A program made the translations under genes and the position numbers. Under the pieces are notes generated by a model. That model searched no databases. It was not told where the DNA came from and was given only the letters and a program-made list of their open reading frames with translations. This document shows, in pieces, positions 35,097 to 45,829 of a stretch of 64,000 nucleotides of DNA; position 1 is the first letter of the stretch, and the number at the start of each line of letters is the position of its first letter. Source of the DNA: an uncultured bacterium (GTDB taxonomy: Bacteria > Krumholzibacteriota > Krumholzibacteriia > Krumholzibacteriales > Krumholzibacteriaceae); the NCBI GenBank assembly GCA_963786935.1, contig CAWBAN010000001.1, positions 320,001 to 384,000 on the forward strand, read 5' to 3'.

Positions 35097-37445
35097 TCAT
35101 TTCCGTTCGAGCACGAGCAGCCTCCCCGACAGGAAATCGGCGATCCAGAGTCTGCCGTCGGCCGCGGTGATTCCTTTGGTGATCGAGTAGATCGCGTCCC
35201 CGAACTGAGCGTTCAGATAGAAGGACACGTTGCGCGAATCGAACCTCGTGTCGCCGAACGGGTATCGCTCGGTGTGGAGCATCGTGAATTTCCGCTCCGC
35301 CGGATCGAACTGCGAGACGCCGAGCGCGCGCTCGCTGTGCGACGTGATGACGAGCCTGTCTCCCCAGACGAAGAGGTTGTCGGGCAGCCCCTCGAAGGGA
35401 ATCCGGTACGTTCTGCCGTTTTCCCGCACCTCCTGGAGCGTGTTGCCGGCGTGGTTGATGACGTAGACCGTTCCGCCGAGGCGGCACAGCTTCAGCGGGC
35501 CGGCGCCGGCGGGGATCCTCCGCTCCGTGAGCGCGGCCTTGTCGACGACGGAGACGCTCCCCGATTCGAAGTTGGCGACGTAGATATTCGCGTCGTCGAA
35601 GACGAGATCGGAAGGTCCGCTTCCGACCGCGATCCGGCCGACGCCCTTTCTGGCGGCCGGGTCGATGACATGCAGGATGCCGGGATCCCCGTCCCTCTCG
35701 GCGACGCGGGCGAGATAGAGCCGGTTCGCTCCCGAGTCGAAGCGCAGGAGCCGCTGCGTGTTCTCCCGCTCGATCGTATCCGGCACGGTGACGCGCGCGC
35801 CGATCTCGAAGAGACGGATCTCGTCCGGGAGCGTGCCGAGCATCTGCTCCTCCTTGCCCCACAGGTTCTGGGTGAAGAAGAGCGTGCCGGACGAGTCGAA
35901 GACCATCTGCTGGGCCTGACGCGGGATGCGGCGGTCGTAGAAGGCGAGATCCCGGGCGCCGATGCCGAGGATGCCGTTCTTCGCGCCCCAGATGTACACG
36001 ACGGGCCAGTACGACTGGTGCGGCCCGTAGGAGAGATAAACGTTTCCGTCGGGCGTGGCGATCGACGCGACGGGAAAGTCGAACGGCAGCCGGTGCCGCT
36101 CGACCGTGCCGTTCGCCCGCACCTCGGCGAACTCGTCCTCGTTATTGAAGATGAAGAAGCTGCCGCGCGCGCTCACCTCGACCAGATCGACCGGGGCCCA
36201 CCCGGTGTATATCTTCTTCGTCGCGCCCGTCGCCGGATCGAGCGCCGTCACGGCGGCGCCGAAGGTCCCGTTGACCGCGGAGGCGCCTTTCGGGTAGTAG
36301 ACGAGCCCGTTGTTCGGATTGTGAGCCATGGTGAACATATGGGGGATGATGCCGAGATCGGTGATCCGCTTCACGAGCCGCCGCTCGGCGACATCGACGA
36401 CGTCGACCTCCCCGTGCGCCCAGCTCCCGATGTAAAGGATACCGTTCTTCGCGTCGAGGGCGCTCGCGTCGTTCCCGTACGCGGGGATCTTGATCTCGGT
36501 GACGGCGCCCCCCTTCCCGAAATCGACGACGTGGACGGACGGATGGTTGTCGTAGGGGATGTATACCTCGTCGCGGGCGGGGTTGTAGACGATCCCGACC
36601 CCCTCGGTGAATTGCGGGAGGGGCACGATTTCCGCCCCGCCGGCGAGGACGTCGATCTTCGCCGCCTCGATGACGCGGCGCGCGCTCGTCTCGACGACGA
36701 GGTAGAGCCGGTGCGTCGCGTCGTCATAGCCGGCGAGATGCCACCGTCCGCCGCTCGTGAGCTTGAGCGCCCGGGAGTTGAGGAGCTTCCCGGTGCGCCC
36801 CTCGAAGATGAACATCGTCGAGGTGTAGCCGTCGACGGCGACGATCCAGCCGAGCTCCGGCGCGGCGACGACCTTCCGGATCGGGGGCGGGGGTGTCGCG
36901 TTGAGATTGATGAGATCCTCGCGCGTCTCGAGCCACGGCGCCGGGGTAAACTTTCCCGATTTCGCCGAGTACAAGCCCAGCTCCTTGCTGTCGCGCCCGG
37001 CGAGAAACGCGTTGCCCGTCTCCTCGTCGACCGCGATCGATTCGAACTGCGCCCCGGTGCGGATCGTCTTCGAGGGGGCGCCGTCGCCCGAGACGATCGA
37101 GAAACAGCGGGATCCGATGAGGTACACCTCGCCGGTTTTCTTCCTGAGCGTCATCGCTTCAGCCTTGAGATGCTGCAGGGCGCGTCCCTCGACGGGCACG
37201 TTCATGACCGTGTGGTTCCGGCAGTCGATGAACGAGACGGACGAGCTGAGCGTGTTCGCGGCGATGAGCCGGTCGCGGAAGGCGTCCATCCGCAGGAGAA
37301 GGGGGCCCGCCCCGTTCACGGCGAGATTCGCCTCCTTGAGGAAATCGATCGTCGTGACCGAGACCGCTTCGGCCGCGCCCGGCGTCGCGGGAACGGCCTG
37401 CAGAAATGCCGCGAGGGCGGCGGCGATGAGCAATCGTCGCATCAT
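35097..37445 (-). CDS. Secreted YncE/YVTN-like beta-propeller protein
   Basis: Signal peptide and repeated IYVANFESGSVSVVD / LYIGSW / VYVINH blades. Confidence 0.75.
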   Translation of the reverse strand: MMRRLLIAAALAAFLQAVPATPGAAEAVSVTTIDFLKEANLAVNGAGPLLLRMDAFRDRLIAANTLSSSVSFIDCRNHTVMNVPVEGRALQHLKAEAMTLRKKTGEVYLIGSRCFSIVSGDGAPSKTIRTGAQFESIAVDEETGNAFLAGRDSKELGLYSAKSGKFTPAPWLETREDLINLNATPPPPIRKVVAAPELGWIVAVDGYTSTMFIFEGRTGKLLNSRALKLTSGGRWHLAGYDDATHRLYLVVETSARRVIEAAKIDVLAGGAEIVPLPQFTEGVGIVYNPARDEVYIPYDNHPSVHVVDFGKGGAVTEIKIPAYGNDASALDAKNGILYIGSWAHGEVDVVDVAERRLVKRITDLGIIPHMFTMAHNPNNGLVYYPKGASAVNGTFGAAVTALDPATGATKKIYTGWAPVDLVEVSARGSFFIFNNEDEFAEVRANGTVERHRLPFDFPVASIATPDGNVYLSYGPHQSYWPVVYIWGAKNGILGIGARDLAFYDRRIPRQAQQMVFDSSGTLFFTQNLWGKEEQMLGTLPDEIRLFEIGARVTVPDTIERENTQRLLRFDSGANRLYLARVAERDGDPGILHVIDPAARKGVGRIAVGSGPSDLVFDDANIYVANFESGSVSVVDKAALTERRIPAGAGPLKLCRLGGTVYVINHAGNTLQEVRENGRTYRIPFEGLPDNLFVWGDRLVITSHSERALGVSQFDPAERKFTMLHTERYPFGDTRFDSRNVSFYLNAQFGDAIYSITKGITAADGRLWIADFLSGRLLVLERK

Positions 37446-37637
37446 GGGGAGTCTCCTTTCCTCTCGCCGGAACATTCCGGCTTCGATCGGGCGGCACCAT
37501 TATAATGCCGGGGCGCCTCGACGGCGACGCAAATTCGATCGTTCCGGCGGCGCGGCGCCGCACTATTGTCTTTACAAACGCCGCCGCGACGGCGAAAATC
37601 GTTTCGATCCGTAAACCGTGCAGAAGGAGGAATCGGC

Positions 37638-38036
37638 ATGAAGTACTCGATCGTCGCGCTGGCGGTGCTGTTCGCGATTCCCGCGATCGCCGCGAACGCG
37701 CAGGGGACGCAGGGCTTGACTGTTGAAGAAATGGTATTCTGCGCGGCGGTGCAGGACCGCGCGCCGTCGCTCCCCGATACGGCGTTCGCATCGACCATCG
37801 AGAACGTGTGGTGCTTCGTCAGGGTGGCCGGGGCGGCCGACACGACCTCGATCACGCAGGTGTGGTACTACAACGACCGCGAGATGTCGCGCGTGGAGCT
37901 CGCGGTGAAATCCTCGAACTGGCGCACGTGGAGCTCGAAGATGATACTCCCCGACATGCGGGGGGCCTGGCGCGTCGACGTTCTCTCGCCGGCGGGGGAC
38001 GTGCTGAAGAGCGGCACGTTCGCGATCAAGCCCTAG
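37638..38036 (+). CDS. DUF2914-like secreted protein
   Basis: Signal peptide, ITQVWYY...WRTWSSK...GAWRVDV, SD AAGGAGG. Confidence 0.8.
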   Translation: MKYSIVALAVLFAIPAIAANAQGTQGLTVEEMVFCAAVQDRAPSLPDTAFASTIENVWCFVRVAGAADTTSITQVWYYNDREMSRVELAVKSSNWRTWSSKMILPDMRGAWRVDVLSPAGDVLKSGTFAIKP

Positions 38037-38091
38037 CGCGCGGGACCGGTCGTCCGCGGCGCGGCGCCCGCCCGGAGCGGGAAGGAGTGCA

Positions 38092-39759
38092 ATGACATCA
38101 CGAATCGGCATCGATCGCTCCGTTCTTCAGGTTTGTGCCCTGTTGCTCTGCGCGGGCCTGCCGTATCGCGGCGCCGCCGCGGCGACGGTCGGGCGGAGCG
38201 TCCCGCCGCTCGTCGTTCGCGCGGCGTTTCCCGCGGATGCGGGCGAGCGCGTCATCCACGTGAGCGTCGACGGGCTTCGCGGCGACGTGATAGCAGCGCT
38301 CGGTCCCCGCGCCGCGCCGCATTTTTACCGCCTCAGGATCGAGGGCGCCTTCACCGATAACGCGCGCAACGACGTCGATTACACCATCACGCTTCCGAAT
38401 CATGCCTGCGAGCTCACGAGCCGTCCGGTGCTCGGCCCCGACGGGCACGGCGTCTCCTTCAACAGCGACGACGGACGAACGCTCGAGCAGATCCACGGCT
38501 CCTATGTCGCCGGCGTTTTCGACGTCGCGCACGACCGCGGCCTCGCGACCGGCATGTACACGAGCAAGAGCAAGTTCGCGATCTTCGACCGGAGCTGGAA
38601 CGAGACCTCCGGAGCGCCCGACACGGCGGGAGCCGATAACGGGCGGGACAAGATCGACGCGTACGTGTACCAATCGAACACGGCCGCGCTTCTCGACAGC
38701 TTCGTCGCGCGCATGACCGCCGCCCCGCACGGCTACGCCTTCATTCATCTCGCTGATCCGGACGCCGCGGGGCACGCGTACGGGTGGGAGAGCACGAGCT
38801 ATATCGCGGCGATCAGGAAAGTCGACGGCCTCATCGGGCGCGTGCTCGATCTGATCGACGGGGATGCCCGATTGACGGGGACCACATACCTCGTCGTCAC
38901 CGCCGATCACGGCGGGGCCGGGACCGATCACGCCGACGCCGCGAATCCGCTGAACTACACCGTGCCCCTCTATGTGTGGGGTCCGGGCGTCCCCGCGGGG
39001 GCGGATCTCTACGCGCTGAACGCGTCGTCTCGGGCGAATCCCGGAAACACGAAACCTCCCTATACGGCATCGCCGCCGCCGATCCGCAACGGCGAGACGG
39101 CCAACATCTCGCTCGATCTCCTCGGGCTTCCGGCCGTCCCCGGCTCGGTGATCGATCCCGCCCAGGACTGCGACGCGGCGCTCCCCGGCGGCGCCGCCGC
39201 GCTGCCGGCCGTATCGATCACGAGCCCGCCGCCCGGCACGTCGCTCGAATATCCTGCCGGCGTCGTCATCGAGGCGGCGGCCGATCCGCCGGAGGGCGCG
39301 CTCGCGTGCGTCGAGTTTTTCGCGAACGGCGTGCCGCTCGGAGCGGATTCGACGATTCCCTATTCGTTCGCGTGGACCGAGATTCCCCTCGGGAGCTACC
39401 GGATCACGGCGCGCGCCGTCCGCGACGACGGGATCGCCGCGGCGGCGAGCGTCGAGATCGAAATCGGCTCGCTCACGGGGAACGCCGACGGGCCCGCCCC
39501 GATGCGCATGCCGCGAATCTACCCGAATCCCTTCGACCGGATGACGACGATCCAGTTTTCCCTGCCGGATAGCGGGAGCGTCGAGGTCGACGTGTACGAT
39601 CTCCTCGGGCGCCGCGTCGAGCGTCTTCTCGACGCGCGTCTCGGCGAGGGAGCGCACGAGGTGACGCTCGACGCGTCGGGCTATGCGCCGGGGATCTATT
39701 TTCTGAGGCTTCGTTCGGGCGGCGTCGTGCGTACGGGAAAGCTCATGATCGTTCGCTGA
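38092..39759 (+). CDS. Alkaline phosphatase/NPP-superfamily enzyme with an Ig-like domain and a T9SS-like C-terminal domain
   Basis: VSVDGLR, TITLPNH, DPDAAGH and TADHGG motifs, a Big-like domain, and YPNPF...PGIYFLRL at the C-terminus. Confidence 0.85.
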   Translation: MTSRIGIDRSVLQVCALLLCAGLPYRGAAAATVGRSVPPLVVRAAFPADAGERVIHVSVDGLRGDVIAALGPRAAPHFYRLRIEGAFTDNARNDVDYTITLPNHACELTSRPVLGPDGHGVSFNSDDGRTLEQIHGSYVAGVFDVAHDRGLATGMYTSKSKFAIFDRSWNETSGAPDTAGADNGRDKIDAYVYQSNTAALLDSFVARMTAAPHGYAFIHLADPDAAGHAYGWESTSYIAAIRKVDGLIGRVLDLIDGDARLTGTTYLVVTADHGGAGTDHADAANPLNYTVPLYVWGPGVPAGADLYALNASSRANPGNTKPPYTASPPPIRNGETANISLDLLGLPAVPGSVIDPAQDCDAALPGGAAALPAVSITSPPPGTSLEYPAGVVIEAAADPPEGALACVEFFANGVPLGADSTIPYSFAWTEIPLGSYRITARAVRDDGIAAAASVEIEIGSLTGNADGPAPMRMPRIYPNPFDRMTTIQFSLPDSGSVEVDVYDLLGRRVERLLDARLGEGAHEVTLDASGYAPGIYFLRLRSGGVVRTGKLMIVR

Positions 39760-39817
39760 CGCGGCAGCCGCTTCGGACGGCGGTTCGATGCCGCCCGCCG
39801 GGGAGGCGCATCATTCG

Positions 39818-41191
39818 ATGAGCAATACCCTGCAGTCGATCAATCCCGCGACCGGCGAGGTCGCGGGCGCCTACGAGGAGCTCTCGCGGGAAGCCGCCGC
39901 GCGGGCGATCGATGAATCGCACGCGGCGTTCGAGCGCTGGCGAGAAACCTCGTTCGCCGAGCGGCGCGCGCTCATGGAGCGCGCCGCGGCGGTGCTGCGC
40001 GAGCGCTCCGGGGAATACGCGAGGCTCATGGCGGTCGAGATGGGGAAGCCGGTCCGCCAGGGGCGCGCCGAGATCGAGAAATGCGCCTGGGTGTGCGAGT
40101 ACTACGCGACAAACGCGGCGGACTTCCTCGCGCCCGAGACGGTCGCGACGGACGCGAGCAGGAGCTACGTCGCGTACCGGCCGCTCGGGGTCGTTCTCGC
40201 CGTCATGCCGTGGAATTTCCCCTTCTGGCAGGTGTTCCGGTTCGCCGCGCCGGCGCTCATGGCGGGGAACGCCGGCGTCCTCAAGCACGCTTCCAACGTG
40301 TGCGGCTGCGCGCTCGCGATCGAGGATGCGTTCGCGGCTGCGGGATTTCCGCGGGGTGTGTTCCGGACCCTCATCGTCGGAAGCGGCGCCGTGGACGGGA
40401 TCATCGCCCATTCCGCCGTCAGGGCGGTCACCCTCACGGGAAGCGCGGCGGCGGGGAGGGCGGTCGCGCGCGCGGCCGGCGGGCATCTCAAGAAGACCGT
40501 GCTCGAGCTCGGGGGGAGCGATCCGTACGTCGTGCTCGACGACGCCGACGTGGAGCGGGCGGCCGCCGCGTGCGCCGAGAGCAGGCTGATCAACGCCGGT
40601 CAGAGCTGCATCGCGGCGAAGCGGTTCATCGTCGTCGAGTCGCGGCTCCGCGAATTCACCGAGCGGCTCGTCGAGGAGATGCAGCGCCGGACGGTCGGCG
40701 ATCCGCTCGACGAGGCGACCGACGTCGGGCCGCTCGCGCGGCTCGACGCGAGAGACGATCTCCACCGGCAGGTCGCCGAGAGCGTGGCGCGCGGCGCGCG
40801 ATGCCTCCTCGGGGGCCGGGTGCCCGCGGGCGGCGGCTCGTTCTATCCGCCGACGGTGCTGGCCGGCGTGACGAAGGGGATGAGCGCGCACGACGAGGAG
40901 CTCTTCGGTCCCGTCGGCGCGGTCGTCGCCGCGCGTGACGAGGAGGATGCGATCCGCGCGGCCAACGACACGAGCTTCGGGCTCGGCGCGGCCATATTCG
41001 CGCGTGACACGGAGCGGGCCGATCTGATCGCCGCGCGCCGGATCGAGGCGGGCTCGTGCTTCGTCAACGCGTTCGTGAAATCCGATCCGCGCCTTCCCTT
41101 CGGCGGCGTCAAGGAGAGCGGGTACGGGAGGGAGCTTTCACGTTTCGGGATCAGGGAGTTCGTGAACGTGAAGACCGTCTACATAGCCTGA
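39818..41191 (+). CDS. NAD(P)-dependent succinate-semialdehyde dehydrogenase-family aldehyde dehydrogenase
   Basis: MPWNFP, TLTGS, LELGGSDP, NAGQSCIAAKR, EELFGP and PFGGVKESG. Confidence 0.92.
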   Translation: MSNTLQSINPATGEVAGAYEELSREAAARAIDESHAAFERWRETSFAERRALMERAAAVLRERSGEYARLMAVEMGKPVRQGRAEIEKCAWVCEYYATNAADFLAPETVATDASRSYVAYRPLGVVLAVMPWNFPFWQVFRFAAPALMAGNAGVLKHASNVCGCALAIEDAFAAAGFPRGVFRTLIVGSGAVDGIIAHSAVRAVTLTGSAAAGRAVARAAGGHLKKTVLELGGSDPYVVLDDADVERAAAACAESRLINAGQSCIAAKRFIVVESRLREFTERLVEEMQRRTVGDPLDEATDVGPLARLDARDDLHRQVAESVARGARCLLGGRVPAGGGSFYPPTVLAGVTKGMSAHDEELFGPVGAVVAARDEEDAIRAANDTSFGLGAAIFARDTERADLIAARRIEAGSCFVNAFVKSDPRLPFGGVKESGYGRELSRFGIREFVNVKTVYIA

Positions 41192-41285
41192 CCGCGCGCG
41201 GGTGACGCCGGTGGGGCCCCCGCCCGAGCGCAGCGACAGCGAGCACGGGTGGGGCGCAACCGGCGGCAGGACCCGCTCACGGCCG

Positions 41286-42629
41286 TCATTTCCCCGTTCC
41301 CTCGATGTTTCCTTCCCAGAGGTACGTGCGGGTCTCCCGCACGATCACTCCCGAGAGCGCGACGAGCGAAACGAGATTCGGGATCGCCATGAGTCCGTTC
41401 GCGATGTCGGCGAACGACCATACGGCGCGGATCGTGACGACCGAGCCGATCATGACGCAGGCCACCCAGAGCCAGCGATACGGCGTGACGGCGCGCGGAC
41501 CGAAGAGGTATTCGCTCGCCTTCTCGCCGTAGTACGACCAGCCGAGAAGAGTCGAGAAGACGAACGTGAGGAGACCGAAGGTGAGGATCGCCGGGCCGAT
41601 CACGGGTATGTCGGCGAACGCCGCCTTCGTGAGGGCGGCGCCGTGCAATCCGTTGATCCATTCCCCCGAGTTGACGAGGACGAGCCCCGTCATCGCGCAT
41701 ACGACGACCGTGTCCCAGAAGGTGCCCGTCGAGGAGACGAGCGCCTGGCGGATCGGGTTCTTCGTCTGCGCCGCCGCGGCGACGATCGGCGCGCTGCCGA
41801 GGCCCGATTCGTTCGAGAAGAGCCCCCGGGCGATGCCGTAGCGCATCGCTTCCCGCATCCCCGCGCCGAGGAATCCGCCGACCGCGGCGTGCCCGCTCCA
41901 GGCGCCCGTCCAGATGAGCCGGAGCGTCTCGGGGATCCCGCTCGCGTTGATAACGAGAATGACCGCGCAGCCCCCGACATAGACGATCGCCATCACGGGG
42001 ACGAGCCGCTCGCACCAGGCGGCGATCGACCTGATGCCGCCGAGGATCACGACGGCGGTCAGCGTCATGATGACGAAACCGGTGATCCAGACCGGCACGC
42101 GGAACGTCTCGTGCACCATCGTGGAGATCGAGTTCGCCTGGACCATGTTCCCGATGCCGAGCGCGGCGACGCACGTGAGCGCGGCGAATATCACGCCGAG
42201 CCAGCGCTGCTTCATCCCGCGCTCGAGGACGTACATGGGCCCGCCCGCCATGAGGCCGCTCTTCGTCGTGATCCGGTATTTCACCGAGAGCACCGCCTCG
42301 GCGTATTTCGTCGCGATGCCGAAAACGCCCGTGATCCATACCCAGAAGACGGCGCCGGGCCCGCCCGCCGCCACCGCCGTCGCGACGCCGACGATGTTGC
42401 CCGTGCCGATCGTCGCCGCGAGCGCCGTCGTGAGGGCGCCGAACGGGCTCACGTCCCCTTCCCCCTCGCGGGCGCGGCTGAGCGAGAGCTTGATCGCCGT
42501 GCCGATATAACGCTGGATGAACCGGAGACGGATCGTGAGGAAGACATGCGTGCCGAGCAGGAGCGCGATCAACGGAAGGCCCCAGAGGGCGTCGCTTCCG
42601 GCCTGGAGGATTCTCTCGAGCGTTTGCAT
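41286..42629 (-). CDS. Sodium:alanine/glycine symporter (AGCS family)
   Basis: ATIGTGNIVGV, GGPGAVFW, GGPMY and RGLFSNESGLGSAP. Confidence 0.95.
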   Translation of the reverse strand: MQTLERILQAGSDALWGLPLIALLLGTHVFLTIRLRFIQRYIGTAIKLSLSRAREGEGDVSPFGALTTALAATIGTGNIVGVATAVAAGGPGAVFWVWITGVFGIATKYAEAVLSVKYRITTKSGLMAGGPMYVLERGMKQRWLGVIFAALTCVAALGIGNMVQANSISTMVHETFRVPVWITGFVIMTLTAVVILGGIRSIAAWCERLVPVMAIVYVGGCAVILVINASGIPETLRLIWTGAWSGHAAVGGFLGAGMREAMRYGIARGLFSNESGLGSAPIVAAAAQTKNPIRQALVSSTGTFWDTVVVCAMTGLVLVNSGEWINGLHGAALTKAAFADIPVIGPAILTFGLLTFVFSTLLGWSYYGEKASEYLFGPRAVTPYRWLWVACVMIGSVVTIRAVWSFADIANGLMAIPNLVSLVALSGVIVRETRTYLWEGNIEGTGK

Positions 42630-42656
42630 CCGTTCTCCTTTCCGACGGGTCGGCGA

Positions 42657-42687
42657 ATTGTAGCATCGCGGGAACGAGTCGTGTCAA
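42657..42687 (-). promoter_or_regulatory. Putative promoter of the symporter
   Basis: Minus strand TTGACA-N19-TACAAT with an extended -10 (TGcTACAAT). Confidence 0.5.
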
Positions 42688-42817
42688 CCATTCATCGCCC
42701 GGGGCGGGGCGGGCCGTCCCCGTTCGCCCGGCGTCCGCATTGGCTCTTGACAGCCGGCGCGCCGCTCGTGCAATCTGGGCGGCGGGGCTCGCGTCAACGC
42801 GCGGGAAAGGAGCTTCC

Positions 42818-44047
42818 GTGCCGAACGTGTACGACGTGCTGAAGGAACGCGGATTCGTCGAGCAGGTCTCCGACGAGGCGAAGGTCGGCGAGATGCTCGG
42901 GGAGAGCGTCACCTGCTACATCGGGTTCGATCCGACCTCGGACAGTTTCCACGTGGGAAGCCTCGTTCCGATCATGGCGCTCGCCCATATGCAGCGGCAC
43001 GGGCACCGCGTCCTCGCCGTCGTCGGCGGGGGGACCGCGATGATCGGCGACCCGAGCGGCAAGACCGAGCTCCGGCAGCTCATCTCGAAGGAGAATATCG
43101 ACGCGAACGCCGAGGGGCTCAAGCGCCAGCTCGCCCATTTCCTCGATTTCTCGGGGGACGGGGCGCTGATGGTCAACAACGCCGACTGGCTCCGGCCGCT
43201 CAACTACATCGAGTTCCTGCGCGATATCGGGCGGCATTTCAGCGTCAACCGGATGCTCGCCGCCGAATCGTACCGCATGCGGCTCGAAACGGGGCTCAAC
43301 TTCATCGAGTTCAATTACATGCTGCTGCAGGCGTACGATTTCCTCGAGCTCTACCGGCGCTACCGGTGCACGCTCCAGATGGGGGGGAACGACCAGTGGG
43401 GGAACATCCTCGCCGGCGCCGACCTCATCCGCCGCGTCGAGGGGGCCGACGCGCAGGCGCTCACCTTTCCGCTCCTCGAGACGGCGACGGGGGCGAAGAT
43501 GGGGAAGACGGAAAAAGGCGCCGTGTGGCTCGATCCGAAGCGGACCTCCCCGTACGAATTCTACCAGTACTGGATCAACGCCGACGACCGCGACGTCGGA
43601 CGGTTCCTCGCGTTCTTCACGTTTCTCCCCATGGACGAGGTGCGCCGGCTGTCGTCGGTCGCCGGAGAGGACCTCAGGGCCGCCAAGGAGACGCTGGCGT
43701 TCGAGGCGACAAAGCTGAACCACGGGGAGGAGGAGGCGCTCAAGGCGCGCGAGGCCTCGCGCGCGCTGTTCTCCGGGGACGGCGGGGGAGACGGGGCGGG
43801 AGTTCCGACCGTCGAGCTCGAGCGCGGCCGCTTCGTCGCGGGCGTTCCCGCGTTCGTGCTGTTCGTCGAGGCGGGGCTCGCGAAGACGCGCGGGGAAGCC
43901 CGGCGTCTCATCGCTCAGGGCGGGGGATACGTGAACGGACGCCGCGTCGACGCGGCGGAAGAGATGATCACCGCCGCCGATCTCACGGACGGCGCGCTGA
44001 TGCTGCGCGCGGGGAAGAAGAAGCACGCCCGCGTCAGGGCTTCGTGA
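42818..44047 (+). CDS. tyrS: Tyrosine--tRNA ligase
   Basis: YIGFDPT, HVGS (HIGH-like), QMGGNDQWGNI, KMGKT and a C-terminal S4 domain. GTG start with SD AAGGAG. Confidence 0.97.
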   Translation: MPNVYDVLKERGFVEQVSDEAKVGEMLGESVTCYIGFDPTSDSFHVGSLVPIMALAHMQRHGHRVLAVVGGGTAMIGDPSGKTELRQLISKENIDANAEGLKRQLAHFLDFSGDGALMVNNADWLRPLNYIEFLRDIGRHFSVNRMLAAESYRMRLETGLNFIEFNYMLLQAYDFLELYRRYRCTLQMGGNDQWGNILAGADLIRRVEGADAQALTFPLLETATGAKMGKTEKGAVWLDPKRTSPYEFYQYWINADDRDVGRFLAFFTFLPMDEVRRLSSVAGEDLRAAKETLAFEATKLNHGEEEALKAREASRALFSGDGGGDGAGVPTVELERGRFVAGVPAFVLFVEAGLAKTRGEARRLIAQGGGYVNGRRVDAAEEMITAADLTDGALMLRAGKKKHARVRAS

Positions 44048-45239
44048 CGGCGCACGCGCCTCGCCGGCCGCTCCATTCCCGCACAACCTCTTCGTACACG
44101 GCCTCGATCGTCGCGACGTGGCGCTCGAGGCCGAAGATCTCCTCCGCGCGCCTTCTTCCCTCGGCGCCGAAACGCGCGCGAAGGGGGGCGTCGCCGATGA
44201 GTCTCTCGAGGGCGTCCGCGAGCGAGGCGGCCCGGCCCGGCTCGAAGAGGAGCCCGCTCGTCCCGTGCGCGACGAGCTCGGGAAATCCGCCGCACCGCGG
44301 CGCGACGATGGGGACGCCGAGCGCCATCGCTTCGAGCGTCGAGTGGCTGAGGGGCTCGGGTTCGATCGACGTGTTGACGAACACGTCGCAGCCAGCCATG
44401 AGGTCCCGCACGTCGCTGCGGAATCCGGGCAGACGCAGCCGATCCTTCAGGAGCGTGCTCCGTTCGACGCGCCCGCGGAGCGCGTCGAGCTCCGGCCCCG
44501 CGCCCGCGATGACGAAGTCCGCGTCGGGGCGCCGCGAACAAACGGTCTCCGCCGCGTCGACGAGCAGGGAGGGCCCCTTCCAGGCGACGAGGCGCCCGGC
44601 CCACCCGACGAGCGCGCGGTCGCGCGGCGCGCGGCCGCGCGGCCGGAGGGAGGCCACGTCGATCCCGTCGTACACCGCGACGATCCGGTCCCGGCGGAAC
44701 CCCTGTGCGGCATAGTAATCGGCCATGGAACGGGAGACGCAGAGGATGCGATCGACGCCGCGCACGAGCCGTCGCTGGAACGCCGTCGGACGGACGTAGC
44801 CCCGCTGATGGCTCACCACGGGCACGCCCGCCCGCGAACCGGCCTCGATGGCCGTGAGATTCCCCGTGAGCGAGTTGTTCGCGTGAACGAGATCGAAACG
44901 CTCGCGGGCGATCCATCGGGCGAGCCGCCCGGCGCGCTCGCGCTCGTGGAGCGCGTATTCCTTGATGCTCCAGAGGAGACGGTAGGCTTCGCGTTTCTTG
45001 TACGCGGGGACGCGGGACTCGCGCTCCTCGGGAGGGACGGGCTCCGGCGCTCCCCGGATGCCGGCTTCCGTCGCGGTCCGGACTGCGGCGGATTCGAATC
45101 CCGCGCGCGCGGCGAGGTCGTAGGCGAAGAGCACGAACGGCTCGAATCTCGATCGGTCGAGCCCCCGCGCGAGCTCGTCGAGACAGACGGCCGATCCCCC
45201 GACGGCCGGCGCGTCCTCGATATACAGGATTCTTCGCAA
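44034..45239 (-). CDS. Family 4 glycosyltransferase (start uncertain, TTG assumed)
   Basis: GGSAVCL, DLVHAN, GRLVAWKG and EPLSHSTLEAMALG. Confidence 0.88.
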   Translation of the reverse strand: MRRILYIEDAPAVGGSAVCLDELARGLDRSRFEPFVLFAYDLAARAGFESAAVRTATEAGIRGAPEPVPPEERESRVPAYKKREAYRLLWSIKEYALHERERAGRLARWIARERFDLVHANNSLTGNLTAIEAGSRAGVPVVSHQRGYVRPTAFQRRLVRGVDRILCVSRSMADYYAAQGFRRDRIVAVYDGIDVASLRPRGRAPRDRALVGWAGRLVAWKGPSLLVDAAETVCSRRPDADFVIAGAGPELDALRGRVERSTLLKDRLRLPGFRSDVRDLMAGCDVFVNTSIEPEPLSHSTLEAMALGVPIVAPRCGGFPELVAHGTSGLLFEPGRAASLADALERLIGDAPLRARFGAEGRRRAEEIFGLERHVATIEAVYEEVVREWSGRRGACAVTKP

Positions 45240-45366
45240 AGGTGTTTTCCCCCCGCCGGCGCTCTGGTATACTCCCGCTCCGGTCGCCGGCGAAGCGCCC
45301 ATTGTAAAGCGGGCGCCGCCGGGCGGCAACACAATTGCTCGTGCTCGAGGCGGCCGCCGCCGATCG

Positions 45367-45741
45367 ATGGAAAGGCTGGTGTCAGGAGATATGGCCGGGA
45401 ATTGGGATCGGCAATTCAGCGATGAGCGCTCGCGGCTGAACGGGATCGTGCTCTCGAACGCTCCCATCGGGATCAAACGGTTCTTCGCCCTCGACGCGCA
45501 GGCGTACGAGGCGGGCGCGCTCCCGGTGAAAACGAAGGAGCTCCTCGGACTCGTCGCGTCGATGGTGCTGCGCTGCGACGAGTGCGTGTCGTACCACCTC
45601 ATCCGGTGCCGTGAGGAAGGGACGACGCGCGAGGAATTCTACGAGGCGTTCGACGTCGCGCTCGTCGTCGGCGGGTCGATCGTGATACCGCACCTTCGCC
45701 TCGCGGCGGAGCGTCTCGAAGCGCTTCTGCAATCGCGCTGA
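45367..45741 (+). CDS. Carboxymuconolactone decarboxylase/AhpD-family protein
   Basis: KTKELLGLVAS...LRCDECVSYH. Alternative start at 45391. Confidence 0.88.
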   Translation: MERLVSGDMAGNWDRQFSDERSRLNGIVLSNAPIGIKRFFALDAQAYEAGALPVKTKELLGLVASMVLRCDECVSYHLIRCREEGTTREEFYEAFDVALVVGGSIVIPHLRLAAERLEALLQSR

Positions 45742-45829
45742 CGCGGGGGACGGCAAATTCTCTTGTGTTCCCCGTTCACGGGGGATACACTCTCCGCGTT
45801 CGCGAAGCATCCGCACGGAGGATCGTTCG

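Noticed and set aside
42630..42817. Glycine riboswitch before the alanine/glycine symporter, or T-box before tyrS
   Set aside because: The putative promoters sit close to the start codons, leaving leaders too short, and the conserved motifs are absent.
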